From assembly GCF_022045235.1 (NCBI RefSeq), contig NW_027266269.1, positions 17,174,001-17,238,000 on the forward strand: a stretch of DNA of 64,000 nucleotides. The letters are read 5' to 3'. Shown one piece after another: positions 50,065 to 61,765 of the stretch. The stretch is from Haliotis cracherodii. Its lineage: Eukaryota. Made by a program: the position numbers and the translations under genes. Position 1 is the first letter of the stretch; each line of letters starts with the position of its first letter. Below the pieces are notes generated by a model. The model did not search any database. It was not told where the DNA came from and was given only the letters and a program-made list of their open reading frames with translations.

Positions 50065-50096
50065 ATACTACAAATAACGAAACTTTGTACTTGCAG

Positions 50097-50283
50097 TCAG
50101 CAACACCCGATTCTCGTTTCGTCAAGCTATCCGTTTTCTGCACCTCACATTCAAGGATGAGGGCTTCCTGCGCTTGTGGCGCGGCAACTCGGCAACCATG
50201 GCCAGAATTGTGCCATACGCTGCTATCCAGTACGCTGCTCATGAGCAGTACAAGTGGCTCCTCCTCAAGGACAAGAGGAAAAA
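50097..50283 (+). CDS. SLC25A42: SLC25A42-like coding exon 3
   Basis: [54 protein letters not shown]...; [20 protein letters not shown] is characteristic of SLC25A42; phase 1-2. Confidence 0.95.
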
Positions 50284-50585
50284 GTGAGAAGGATTTTTTG
50301 TGTACTACATAACTACAAATTGTATCTTGATACATTGCAATCAGAAAGCTGGAATAACAAAATTATGTCAATGACATTACTAAGCTTCACTAAACTTGTT
50401 CACACACACACAGACTTACCCTTTCACAACCTTTGCCCACACCAGAGCCCGTTGCTTTTGAACATATATTCCTGGTAAACCAAGATTCTACCTGCATGAT
50501 GATTAAAATTATCAAATGGATTGATGTTTGTGTGTGAAAAGATGCTACCTGAACATCTGACAATATGTATCCAATGTTGTTGCAG

Positions 50586-50702
50586 ACATCTGCCCCCTGG
50601 GAGAAGGTTCCTGGCAGGTGCTCTGGCTGGGACAACCTCTGTGGCCTGCACCTACCCCCTTGACATGGTGCGGGCTAGAATGGCTGTCACAGCTAAGGAA
50701 AA
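50586..50702 (+). CDS. SLC25A42: SLC25A42-like coding exon 4
   Basis: [38 protein letters not shown]; phase 2-2; donor gtaagc. Confidence 0.95.
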
Positions 50703-50746
50703 GTAAGCGACTAATTCAGAGTTCTGGTGTTGCCAGGGAGATCTGG

Positions 50747-52515
50747 TTAACACACAACTACAGTACACATATGATGTTATACATACATCAACTACATACT
50801 GTAATCACCACACAATGGCAGTGATTAACACAACTACAGCACATATATGATGTTATACATACATCAACTACATACTGTAATCACCACACAATGGCAGTGA
50901 TTAACACACAACTACAGTACACATATGATGTTATACATACATCAACTACATACTGTAATCACCACACAATGGCAGTGATTAACACACAACTACAGTACAC
51001 ATATGATGTTATACATACATCAACTACATACTGTAATCACCTCACAATGGCGGTGATTAACACACAACTACAGCACACATATGATGCTACACATACATCA
51101 ACTACATACTGTAATCACCACACAATGGCGGTGATTAACACACAACTACAGTACACATATGATGTTATACATACATCAACTACATACTGTAATCACCACA
51201 CAATGGCGGTGATTAACACACAACTACAGTACACATATGATGTTATACATACATCAACTACATACTGTAATCACCACACAATGGCGGTGATTAACACACA
51301 ACTACAGTTCACATATGATGCTATACATATGTAGCCGGGTGGTGGTGCTAACTCTGAATGAGTTATAGCCACATAAGTACCCCCCTCTTTTAACCCCCCT
51401 TAGATTCATTCTATACATATATACATACATGTTCATCTATTATCACGATCACTTCATTCTGTGTTCATTATATGTTCATTATATGTTGTCCTTGTCTGCA
51501 GTTGAATGTCAGCCAGCTAACACCAACCTGATACCCTTTTGCAGCCTCTGTAATTTCTCCAGCTTCACCTGGACTTCCCCCTATCTATTTTTAGATATGT
51601 CCACCACTTCATGTGACTGAAGCATCTTGACTTCCTTTAAATACAGATGCTACCTTTCTTTTGATTGGCCCTTTGGTCCACTTCTTTAACTTCCTTTCTC
51701 ACCTGCCCTCCTCATGCATTCTGCATGAACTCTTTATGGAGGGAGGACTCTTCATTACAGGTGAGAAACATATCAATATTCTGATCTCTTTCCATCCTGC
51801 TTTGGAAACAAATATATTCATAGAAAGGGTATCACAGCTTATCATTAAAGTAAATTATATTTAATTGCATTATTATTTAATTTGTTATATCTAAATGTTT
51901 GCCAGCTCACACATTTTGTGTTACAATAATTGAGCACATGGTCTTCAACCATGTGCTCCCCAACATATCCCTATAAATTAATCTGTTTCCTTTTGGCTTA
52001 AATTAAATTATAACATATTCTGCATGAACTCTTTATGGAGGGAGGACTCTTCATTACAGCTTCCCTCCCACCATCTACTCCAAAAGAATAAATATGATCA
52101 TCATCTTCAAGAACTGCCTCCTGTTTTGACTAGCAGCCCAGTGGCTGGACACATGACACCACGCCCGGCTACACATACATCAACTACATACTGTAATCAC
52201 CTCACAATGGCGGTGATTAACACACAACTACAGTACACATATGATGCTATACATACATCAACTACATACTGTAATCACCTCACAATGGCGGTGATTAACA
52301 CACAACTACAGCACATATATGATGTTATACATACATCAACTACATACTGTAATCACCTCACAATGGCGGTGATTAACACACAACTACAGCACACATATGA
52401 TGTTATACATACATCAACTACATACTGTAATCACCACACAATGGCGGTGATTAACACACAACTACAGTACACATATGATGCTATACATACATCAACTACA
52501 TACTGTAATCACCAC
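50747..52515. repeat. 78-bp minisatellite split by an 844-bp insertion
   Basis: Units at 50747-51329 and 52174-52515 (26-codon periodicity in the ORF track). Confidence 0.95.
51330..52173. mobile_element. Solo-LTR-like (Gypsy) or Ginger-like insertion
   Basis: TGTAGCCGGG...CCCGGCTACA inverted termini (TG...CA), 4-bp TSD CATA, and no coding capacity. Confidence 0.75.
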
Positions 52516-52939
52516 CCATATGTGGTGCTTAATGCAACTTTGTGTGAAAGCTTGGGTACAAGACGACTTGTGTATTAATGATTGGAATATTGGGTCTCCA
52601 TTGCGTCAAGTTTTGGGTGTCCTCCATAAGGTCAAGGTCACATGAGGTCAAATTATGAAACATGATTAAAATGTCATGAAATTTCAAATAAAAAATCAAA
52701 GGTTTTTGTTAAGATGAATTCAAAGTAACTAACTCAACACCTTTCATGTGTCATGAATGTGTTCAATGTCAAAGCTGCTTTAAGGTCATTTAATCATGAA
52801 GCTTCGTTCAGGAAATATTCTCAGTGTGGTATGGAGGATCCTTACATGTGATTGGTAATGTCCTACACAATATCATGAGCGTTCATGATTGGAATTCACT
52901 GAAACTTTATACACATGATCTCTTGGCAGTTCATAACTG

Positions 52940-53110
52940 AGAGGGGCGGTTGGGTAGCCTAGTGGTTAAAGCGTTTACTCATCACGCCGAAGACCCGGGT
53001 TCAATTCCCGACATGGGTACAATGTGTGAAGCCCATTTCTGGTGTCCCCCACTGTGATATTGCTGGGATATTGTTAAAAGCGATGTAAAACCATACTCAC
53101 TCACTCACTC
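52940..53110 (+). mobile_element. tRNA-derived SINE family A, full length
   Basis: Homologous to the 11284 copy; flanking TCATAACTGAG duplication. Confidence 0.9.
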
Positions 53111-53433
53111 ATAACTGAGATGTAAGGTCAAGTCATAAACCTGAAGTGTTTGTAATTATGTTATTAAGGTTCCTTGTGGCTGAGGATGTTCTATTTCAAA
53201 GTTGTGCTGCATTGGGCATGTGTTTTTCAAACTGGAAGTGGTGTTATTAAACCAGAAGTGCTTGTAACTATGTTATTAGAGGTAGCAACCATTGTACTTT
53301 GTCAACTGTCAACTGATGCGATCAAGTCAGTATGATTCATGACAACCGATATGTTGGTGTTTGCTAGGGGTTGACCATATGATGAAAGACAATCTTTTAA
53401 GGCATTTTGGTTGCAAAGATTATCTTGTTGTAG

Positions 53434-53585
53434 ATATCACAACCTGAAGGAGGTGATCATGAAGACATATAAAGAGGAGGGTGTACGCACTCTGTACAGA
53501 GGATTCACTCCCACGATACTCGGCTCCATTCCATACTCAGGGACAAGCTTCTTCACTTATGAGAGTCTTAAGAAATTACATGCTG
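53434..53585 (+). CDS. SLC25A42: SLC25A42-like coding exon 5
   Basis: YHNLKEVIMKTYKEEGVRTLYRGFTPTILGSIPYSGTSFFTYESLKKLHA; phase 2-1. Confidence 0.95.
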
Positions 53586-53901
53586 GTATGATCTTGATGA
53601 TTACTTGCCTTGCCTTACAATCTCTGGTTAACACTTTCCACCTTGGACACCTTAATGTTGAATAGGGGGCATGTTGGCACTCCTAAGGTGCTTCTTTTGT
53701 TTTGCAAAGTTGTGTCCCTTTGCGCATGCTGGAAACAAATCCCAGTTTGCCGAGATTATGTTCCTAGTTCTGTCAGCACCAAAGTGGTAAACATCTAAGA
53801 CCTGCATCACTTTGGGTTTTCCTCGCACATTAAGCTGACATGCCGTGATATAACTGGAATACTGTTGAAAGAGTTGTTAAACCCAACTCACTCACGAATG
53901 A

Positions 53902-54457
53902 CATCTTGCGGAGGCAAGTGAGTTAACTGACTATGAAAGTCCTGTTTCCACCCTTGCCGAACTAGGCTGGAATTCTGGAGTTACATTTTGGCTGGACAAA
54001 CGAGTCCATACATAGTTCAATCAAAATCACGTAATGAACTAGACATCCGGTTCATAAACCATATGGATTTCAACGTGTAGATTTCTGTCGACTAAAGTAT
54101 TTGCAAAGCATGTGTACCGCCAACTGGACGTCAACAGATATTTTGCCAATCTTTTCATGTTTTTAATCAAGATGCTCAAGTGATTTAATGCATTTTGTGA
54201 GGTAAGGCCCATTTTATTACTATATACATCTTGAATATCAATCAGATGGTCTTGACTCGGCACCGCCATTTTGTTTGAAGCAATTACAAGTGATAGAAGA
54301 AGTGGAATCTGATTGGTCAGTGGGATGGACATGGAAGGGACATAACTTGTAATAGCCACTTATGGCGCTACAATCGAGCACAGAAATTCCAACATAGTTG
54401 GGCAAGTGTGGAAACTGGACTTTTGTAGTCAATAAACGCCCTTGCCATGGGAAGATG
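53902..54457 (+). mobile_element. MITE family M1, third copy
   Basis: CATCTT...GGGAAGATG termini and internal homology to the 12850 and 20382 copies; flanks ACGAATGA/ACTTATGA. Confidence 0.85.
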
Positions 54458-54596
54458 ACTTATGATGATTACAGTCAATGAACATTGATTTAGCTTGAAC
54501 TGATATGTCATCCAGTGTTATTCATTTGCTCATTGTGTACAAGTTTATTTTGCATATACTCCTTGCCATGGTTTTATGTCAGTGTATTTTGTGTAG

Positions 54597-54719
54597 AGTA
54601 TGCAATGGGTAAAGATCCCTCTCCAGTGGAGCGTCTGTCCTTTGGTGCTGTGGCGGGGCTGCTGGGCCAGTCGGCCTCCTACCCCCTGGACATTGTGCGC
54701 CGCCGGATGCAGACAGCAG
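54597..54719 (+). CDS. SLC25A42: SLC25A42-like coding exon 6
   Basis: [41 protein letters not shown]; phase 1-1. Confidence 0.95.
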
Positions 54720-54789
54720 GTAAGCACGGCAGGCAGTGAGGAAGGCAAACGCAAAGGGATGACTGTTGGTGGCGAGGGAAGATAGCAGG

Positions 54790-55660
54790 TGAGGGAGGGC
54801 AGAAAGCAGATGGGGAGGGCAGGCAGCAGATGGGGAGGACAGACAGCAGATGGGGAGGACAGACAGCAGATGTGGAGGGCAGACAGCAGATGGGGAGGGC
54901 AGACAGCAGATGGGGAGGGCAGACAGCAGATGGGGAGGACAGACAGCAGATGGGGAGGGCAGACAGCAGATGGGGAGGACAGACAGCAGATGGGGAGGGC
55001 AGACAGCAGATGGGGAGGGCAGACAGCAGATGGGGAGGGCAGACAGCAGATGGGAAGGGCAGGCAGCAGGTGGGGAGGGCAGACAGCAGATGGGGAGGGC
55101 AGACAGCAGATGGGGAGGGCAGACAGCAGATGGGGAGGGCAGACAGCAGATGGGGAGGACAGGCAGCAGATGGGAAGGGCAGGCAGCAGGTGGGAGGGCA
55201 GACAGCAGATGGGGAGGGCAGACAGCAGATGGGGAGGGCAGGCAGCAGGTGGGGAGGGCAGGCAGCAGGTGGGTAGGGCAGATGGGGAGGACAGACAGCA
55301 GATGGGGAGGACAGACAGCAGGTGGGGAGGACAGACAGCAGGTGGGGAGGGCAGACAGCAGGTGGGGAGGGCAGACAGCAGATGGGGAAGGCAGACAGCA
55401 GATGGGGAGGGCAGACAGCAGATGGGGAGGGCAGACAGCAGATGGGGAGGGCAGACAGCAGATGGGGAGGACAGGTGGGGAGGGCAGAGAGCAGATGGGG
55501 AGGGCAGAGAGCAGATGGGGAGGGCAGAGAGCAGATGGGGAGGGCAGACAGCAGATGGGGAGGGCAGACAGCAAGCAGGGAGGGCAGACAGCAAGCAGGG
55601 AGGGCAGACAGCAGGTGGGGGAGGGCAGACAGGTGGAGAGGGCAGACAGCAGATACGAAG
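54790..55660. repeat. 20-bp purine-rich minisatellite (AGACAGCAGATGGGGAGGGC)
   Basis: Direct tandem repeats; they explain the ORFs at 54545-55698. Confidence 0.97.
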
Positions 55661-55825
55661 GGCAGGTAGTAGTAGGTAGGGGTCCATGCAGACAGTAGGG
55701 GAGAAGGACTAGATCATGTTGATGCTGGAGTGTTCTTATACTGTCTTTGTCTTAACCTCAACTTTTTTGCCTATCAGATATATTCCATGTATATTAAAGT
55801 GCTCTGCAAATTAGTCCTGTTATTA

Positions 55826-56092
55826 CCGTATTCGACGTAATAAGCGCCCAGGGCGTGGTTTATGCTGACAGCCTGAAATGTTTATGTACGACAGAATTAT
55901 TTTTCCAGAATTTTATTGCCCATAATTAAGTGTGCATATAATACACGAGTGCATATTATACGCGAATAAATAAGTCTTGTCTACATTAATCAATCGGAAG
56001 GCGTGCTAATTGGGATTGTTCACTAGCCAATATATTAGCAAATATCGCCTTGGGCGCTTATTAGAGCGGGGCGCTTAATGTGTCGAATAAGG
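55826..56092. mobile_element. Tc1/mariner(pogo)-type MITE, second copy
   Basis: TA|CCGTATTCGAC...GTCGAATAAGG|TA; homologous to 26949-27289. Confidence 0.8.
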
Positions 56093-56906
56093 TACTCTAT
56101 CTAGTTTTGAAAAGTGCTAATTCTATATCTGGCTTCATGTGTTCAATCTATTTTATCAACTGTAATCAACATTCCATTTAATGTATGGTCTTAAATTTTG
56201 GCAAAATTGTGGGTGAACTGATCGGAAGATTACTTATTGCAAACCTGATCAGGCTACCACCATTGACAAACCACAGTTTCCACAGAATGTATACATACAT
56301 CATAAATGCTATACTCTGACTTGTAAAAAAAGTCATATTTGTTGTTATTTTATGTCAATGTGTTGTTATCTTGATCAAAACTTGTGAAACCTTCATGTTG
56401 TGATCGCTGATTGGTTGACCTCAAAGGGTGACCCGCCAAAACTATACCATACATTAAGAATAACCTGTAATATACAAAAGTGCTACCCTTATAGTGATTT
56501 CAAATATAAAAAGTAAAAGCATAAACTACGATAGGTAAAATAACATGATATTAGAATAATTTATCTGGTTCAAATATAGTTTCAGATATAATGCTTTGTG
56601 TGATTGATGACATGACAGGTAGGTCTACAAATTGTCTTGCGTACAAACTTTCGAGTCAAAAACTAGGTAAAACCACAGATAAAACACTTATCTTGCCCAT
56701 ACCTACAGAGCCGTTATCTTTATTCAAGCATGAGGAATGTGTGCTTCATCAGTAAGAAATGACTCTTTACTGTTACAGCCATTATGCAATATATCACATG
56801 ACTAACCATGAGCCATGTAGTCCTGTGGGTAGCCAGGTCCTTCTCAGGATCCCCCTGTCTCAGCCCTAGACTAAACATTGGTGTATGTGAGACTGTGGTG
56901 TTGCAG

Positions 56907-57118
56907 GTGTGACCGGTCACTCCAAGGACTACACCAGCATCGTGGGGACAGCCACACAGGTGATCAGGGAGGAGGGCTTCATCAGGGGCATGTACAAGGG
57001 ACTCAGCATGAACTGGATCAAAGGACCCATTGCTGTCGGCATCAGCTTCACCACGTTTGACATCTCCGTCAGATGGTTGCGCACATTTGAGTTTTTCCAC
57101 ATAGACGATGAAACTTAG
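56907..57118 (+). CDS. SLC25A42: SLC25A42-like coding exon 7 (terminal)
   Basis: [52 protein letters not shown]...*. The spliced CDS totals 1038 nt (345 aa). Confidence 0.95.
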
Positions 57119-57175
57119 CTGTTACCACTGTAAGGTGCTATCTGTTAGCTGTGATATGACCACCTGTGATGTAGT

Positions 57176-58172
57176 GCTGGATCTGTGTGTCAGGGCATGT
57201 GTGTCTGGACCTGTGTGTCAGGGCATATGTGTCTGGACCTGTGTGTCAGGGCATATGTGTCTGGACCTGTGTGTCAGGGCATGTGTGTCAGGGGCATGTG
57301 TTTCTGGACCTGTGTGTCAGGGCATATGTGTCTGGACCTGTGTGTCAGGGCATGTGTGTCTGGACCTGTGTGTCAGGGCATGTGTGTCTGGACCTGTGTG
57401 TCAGGGCATGTGTGTCTGGACCTGTGTGTCAGGGCATGTGTGTCTGGACCTGTGTGTCTGGACCTGTGTGTCAGGGCATGTGTCTGGGCCTGTGTGTCTG
57501 GGCCTGTGTGTCAGGGCATGTGTGTCTGGACCTGTGTGTCAGGGCATGTGTGTCTGGACCTGTGTGTCAGGGCATGTGTGTCAGGGCATGTGTGTCAGGG
57601 CATGTGTGTCAGGGCATGTGTGTCAGGGCATGTGTGTCTGGGCATGTGTGTCTGGGCCTGCGTGTCAGGGCATGTGTGTCTGGGCATGTGTCTGGACCTG
57701 CGTGTCTGGGCATATGTGTCAGGGCATGTGTGTCTGGACCTGTGTGTCAGGGCATGTGTGTCTGGACCTGCATGTCAGGGCATGTGTGCCTGGACCTGCG
57801 TGTCAGGGCATGCGTGTCTGGACCTGTGTGTAAGGGCGTGTGTGTCTGGACCTGTGTCCCTAGAACTGAGTGTCTGGACCTGTGTGTCTGGGCATGTGTG
57901 TCTGGACCTGCGTGTTAGGGCATGTGTGTCTGGACCTGTGTGTCTGGGCATGTGTGTCTGGATCTGTGTGTCAGGGCATGTGTGTCTGGGCATGTGTGTC
58001 TGGACCTGTGTGTCTGGGCATGTGTGTCTGGACCTGTGTGTCTGAGCATGTGTCTCTGCACCTGTGTGTTAGGGCATGTGTGTCTGGACCTGTGTGTCTG
58101 GGCATGTGTGTCTGGGCATGTGTGTCTGGGCATGTGTGTCTGGGCATGTGTGTCAGGGCATGTGTGTCTGGA
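57176..58172. repeat. 14/28-bp minisatellite (GGACCTGTGTGTCAGGGCATGTGTGTCT) just after the SLC25A42 stop
   Basis: Direct tandem repeats; they explain the Cys/Val-rich ORFs. Confidence 0.97.
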
Positions 58173-59246
58173 CTAGGTTGACTTGAGTACCACCGAAAAT
58201 TCTAATTTACTGTAAGAAATGACTTGATTTACAAGACCGGACCAGTTTTATTTTTTGTTAAACAGCTTTTTGTTGCAAAGATGTGAGGCACTAAATAATG
58301 TCAGGATGAAATAACAAAAATTGAAATTGATAACACAAGTATTGGTTTTAAGATACATATTCTAGGGGTAAATGGTCTTGCATTCAATTAATTATGGAAT
58401 CATTCACAAGTAGGACTTTGAAATAAATTGACAAATATGCATACCTGACATTAAACACAGCGTTTAGACATTGAGATAATACAAGGAATAGGTTCTGATC
58501 TCAGTGTAAGATAGAAAAGGGTCAGAGGCACAAATCAAGTCGATTCCCCATCTTCAACATCTTAATGCACCATTATGTTAGCAAACTATGAATGATTGAC
58601 ATCTGTTTCTCTTGATAAAATATTTGTGTTGTGTTAGTGTTGAAATGATTGAAATGTTGTCCTAACAGCATGACACTGCATTGTGAGTGTGTTACTCCAG
58701 GAAATCAGTGTGTGTGAATGTATGTGGTGCAGGGCATCTGACTACAGCTATGTAGGTACGTGCTCTATGGGACTAAGGCTGTTTTCAGCCGTGTATCGAA
58801 CTTGGAGTTGTCAGGAGTTTTGTGTTTAGTTCCTTTCTTTAAGCATCTGTTCACAACAGTTTTCACAAGGATAGGTAAAATTAACTTTTGAAAACTGTCT
58901 TTTCTCTCCTTGTTGAAGCATGAAAATTACGTTTTATGTTAATACCCGACCTGGAGTCTTATTTTGAAAATCTGTAAATGAAGAAATTAATAACATGGTG
59001 CCTTAGGAGTGGATTTGAGCTAGGGTAAAAGTGGCAGGTCATCTGTAGTCAGAAACATAGAGAAATTTATATTCAAGTTTCTCCTAAACTTGGGCAAGTA
59101 CGTTTCAAGTGTATTTTCTTGATGACAGATGCTGTGGATTAAACTAGTCTGTTTACATGACTGAGTTCGGCTGTCGTGTCAGCCCTGACCAAATAGTATG
59201 AAGATGGATTTACACTGAACACAAGTCCTGTTCTGTCTCTCATACA

Positions 59247-60190
59247 GATTAATTACAAGATAAGTATATGTATCAAAACAATCTCTGAGTTTACCTTTAT
59301 GTACTGATTGATTACAACATAAGTGTATGTATCAAAACAACCTCTGAGTTTACCTTTATGTACTGATTGATTACAACATAAGTGTATGTATCAAAACAAC
59401 CTCTGAGTTTACCTTTATGTACTGATTGATTACAACATAAGTGTATGTATCAAAACAACCTCTGAGTTTACCTTTATGTACTGATTAATTACAACATAAG
59501 TGTATGTATCAAAACAATCTCTGAGTTTACCTTTACGTACTGATTAATTACAACATAAGTGTATGTATCAAAACAATCTCTTGGTTTACCTTTATGTACT
59601 GATTGATTACAACATAAGTGTATGTATCAAAACAATCTCTTGGTTTACCTTTATGTACTGATTGATTACAACATAAGTGTATGTATCAAATCAACCTCTG
59701 TGTTTACCTTTACGTACTGATTAATTACAACATAAGTGTATGTATCAAAACAATCTCTTGGTTTACCTTTATGTACTGATTAATTACAAGATAAGTGTAT
59801 GAATCAAAACAATCTCTTGGTTTACCTTTACGTACTGATTAATTACAAGATAAGTGTATGAATCAAAACAATTTACGTACTGATTAATTACAAGATAAGT
59901 GTATGAATCAAAACAATCTCTTGGTTTACCTAATATGTACTGATTAATTACAAGATAAGTGTATGAATCAAAACAATCTCTTGGTTTACCTTTATGTACT
60001 GATTAATTACAAGATAAGTGTATGAATCAAAACAATTTATGTACTGATTAATTACAAGATAAGTGTATGGATCAAAACGATCTCTTGGTTTACCTTTATG
60101 TACTGATTAATTACAAGATAAGTGTATGAATCAAAACAATCTCGGGGTTTATGTTCTGATTAAATTGAAAATAAGTGTATGAATCCAAAC
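59247..60190. repeat. 59-bp AT-rich minisatellite
   Basis: Unit GATTAATTACAAGATAAGTGTATGTATCAAAACAATCTCTGAGTTTACCTTTATGTACT. Confidence 0.95.
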
Positions 60191-61545
60191 AATATGGATG
60201 GGGGTTACCGATACACTAGGAGTGATTGCTTGTGGAGTATGTCATGCTGCATGTTGTTGTACGCCTGGCTGTTAGACATTAGTTCTGTGAGAAGAGTGAT
60301 GATGCAGGCCTGGCAGGACACTGTGGTGTCTTCATAATACCAGTATTGCATAAATCAGCTATGTCCAAGGCTGTAGTTGGAGCAGAAACTGGTAACTTAT
60401 CTAAATGAATAAGTTTAGATATGCATATTTAAAACAACAGTAACCTCTTCAGGAAGGTTGTAAGGTAAAATGCATAACATTGACTCAGTGATTCCCATCT
60501 GATATTGATGCATCACTATGTTGCTTCAATCCTACAACACTGTAGACATCTTTGTGAAGCTAATACGTCTGTAGGTTCAACTCCGTGGTACAGTGATAAG
60601 GAGCTGTTCGGGAGTGTCTACACCAGGAGAGATATGGGTATACCTACATTCTGCAGAGCATTAGTGAATGTAGGATATGATGACACATAGCAGATTCTAC
60701 CACCGTTTTCAATGTTCGGTCCGTCCAAACATAGCTGTAGACTTTAAGAAAGCTACACCGGCAGCTCTCCCTGTGTGTTTGTTGGATGGCATTCTCCGAG
60801 TGAGGGGCAGTATTGATGTGCCCGACTCATTCTGTACTTCTCATCCATCCAGTTGTGTCCAGCCGTGTGTGATGGGGGCCTCATGGTGATCAGTATGTAG
60901 TCTTGGCAGAGCTGCTATCAGCTGAATACTTCTTCACAATACACTCAACTAACCTTGTACTGTACATTGGGAACTTTTACTATGTACATGATGTATGTTT
61001 TTTGTTTTGTATATTTAATATTTGTCATTTTCTTTCATTAAGGGTTGAGTCTGTGTCAGAACTCACCTCAAACCCACCTCTAGGCCGCGCAGCAAGAAGG
61101 TGGGGACACTTGTCATCTCTTGATGACTTCCTCCATAGCAGTTCAGTGTTTACATGTTTGTTTTACCATGGCAAGAGAATATTTACCCAGTTAGAGAGTT
61201 GTTTGTTTCTGTGTATCAGAGTGCTGTGATATGTAGATGTTGCACTGTTAGACCACATACCCCAGTCCAGCACTAGACTCATCAGTCGGCAGTGCAGTCA
61301 GTCAGTCAGTCCAACCAATCAAGATACACAGCTATATTTACTGCCAACCTGTGTAGATCCTTGTTGAAGTTGGACTTCCTGTGAGGCAGCGAGGTGCAAT
61401 GTGTGCCAGTAGGTGACACACTGCTGTGTGGCATCACTTGTTATATCATGTTCAGTATTGCTGAGTGGCATTAGTCTGTATATTATATGTAGAACTTGTT
61501 GCTTCATCCAGTCCTGCCAGAGGAACTTAATAGGATTACCAATGC

Positions 61546-61765
61546 ATCCCATACTTGCCGTAAAAGACGACTACCCTTGTCGTAAGAGGCAACTAATGGG
61601 ATCCGGTGGTCAGGCTCACTGACTTGGTTGATGCATGTCATTGACACCACGAGCATCGATCTACGCAATTGTGATACAATCACTGGATTGTCTGGTCCAG
61701 ACTCGATTTTTTACAGACCGCCATCATATAGCTGGAATATTGCTGAGTGTGGTGTTAAACAACAA
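61546..61765 (+). mobile_element. V-domain SINE-like element, family B (5'-degraded)
   Basis: CTTGTCGTAAGAGGCAACTAA and GCTGGAATATTGCTGAGTGTGGTGTTAAACAACAA tail. Confidence 0.8.

Noticed and set aside
49208-50160. 280-aa repetitive ORFs
   Set aside because: 32-bp minisatellite artefacts.
54545-55698. Long 280-380-aa ORFs
   Set aside because: Products of a 20-bp intronic minisatellite; only 54597-54719 is a real exon.
57108-58181. Cys-rich keratin/metallothionein-like ORFs
   Set aside because: GT-rich minisatellite downstream of the SLC25A42 stop, open in all three frames.
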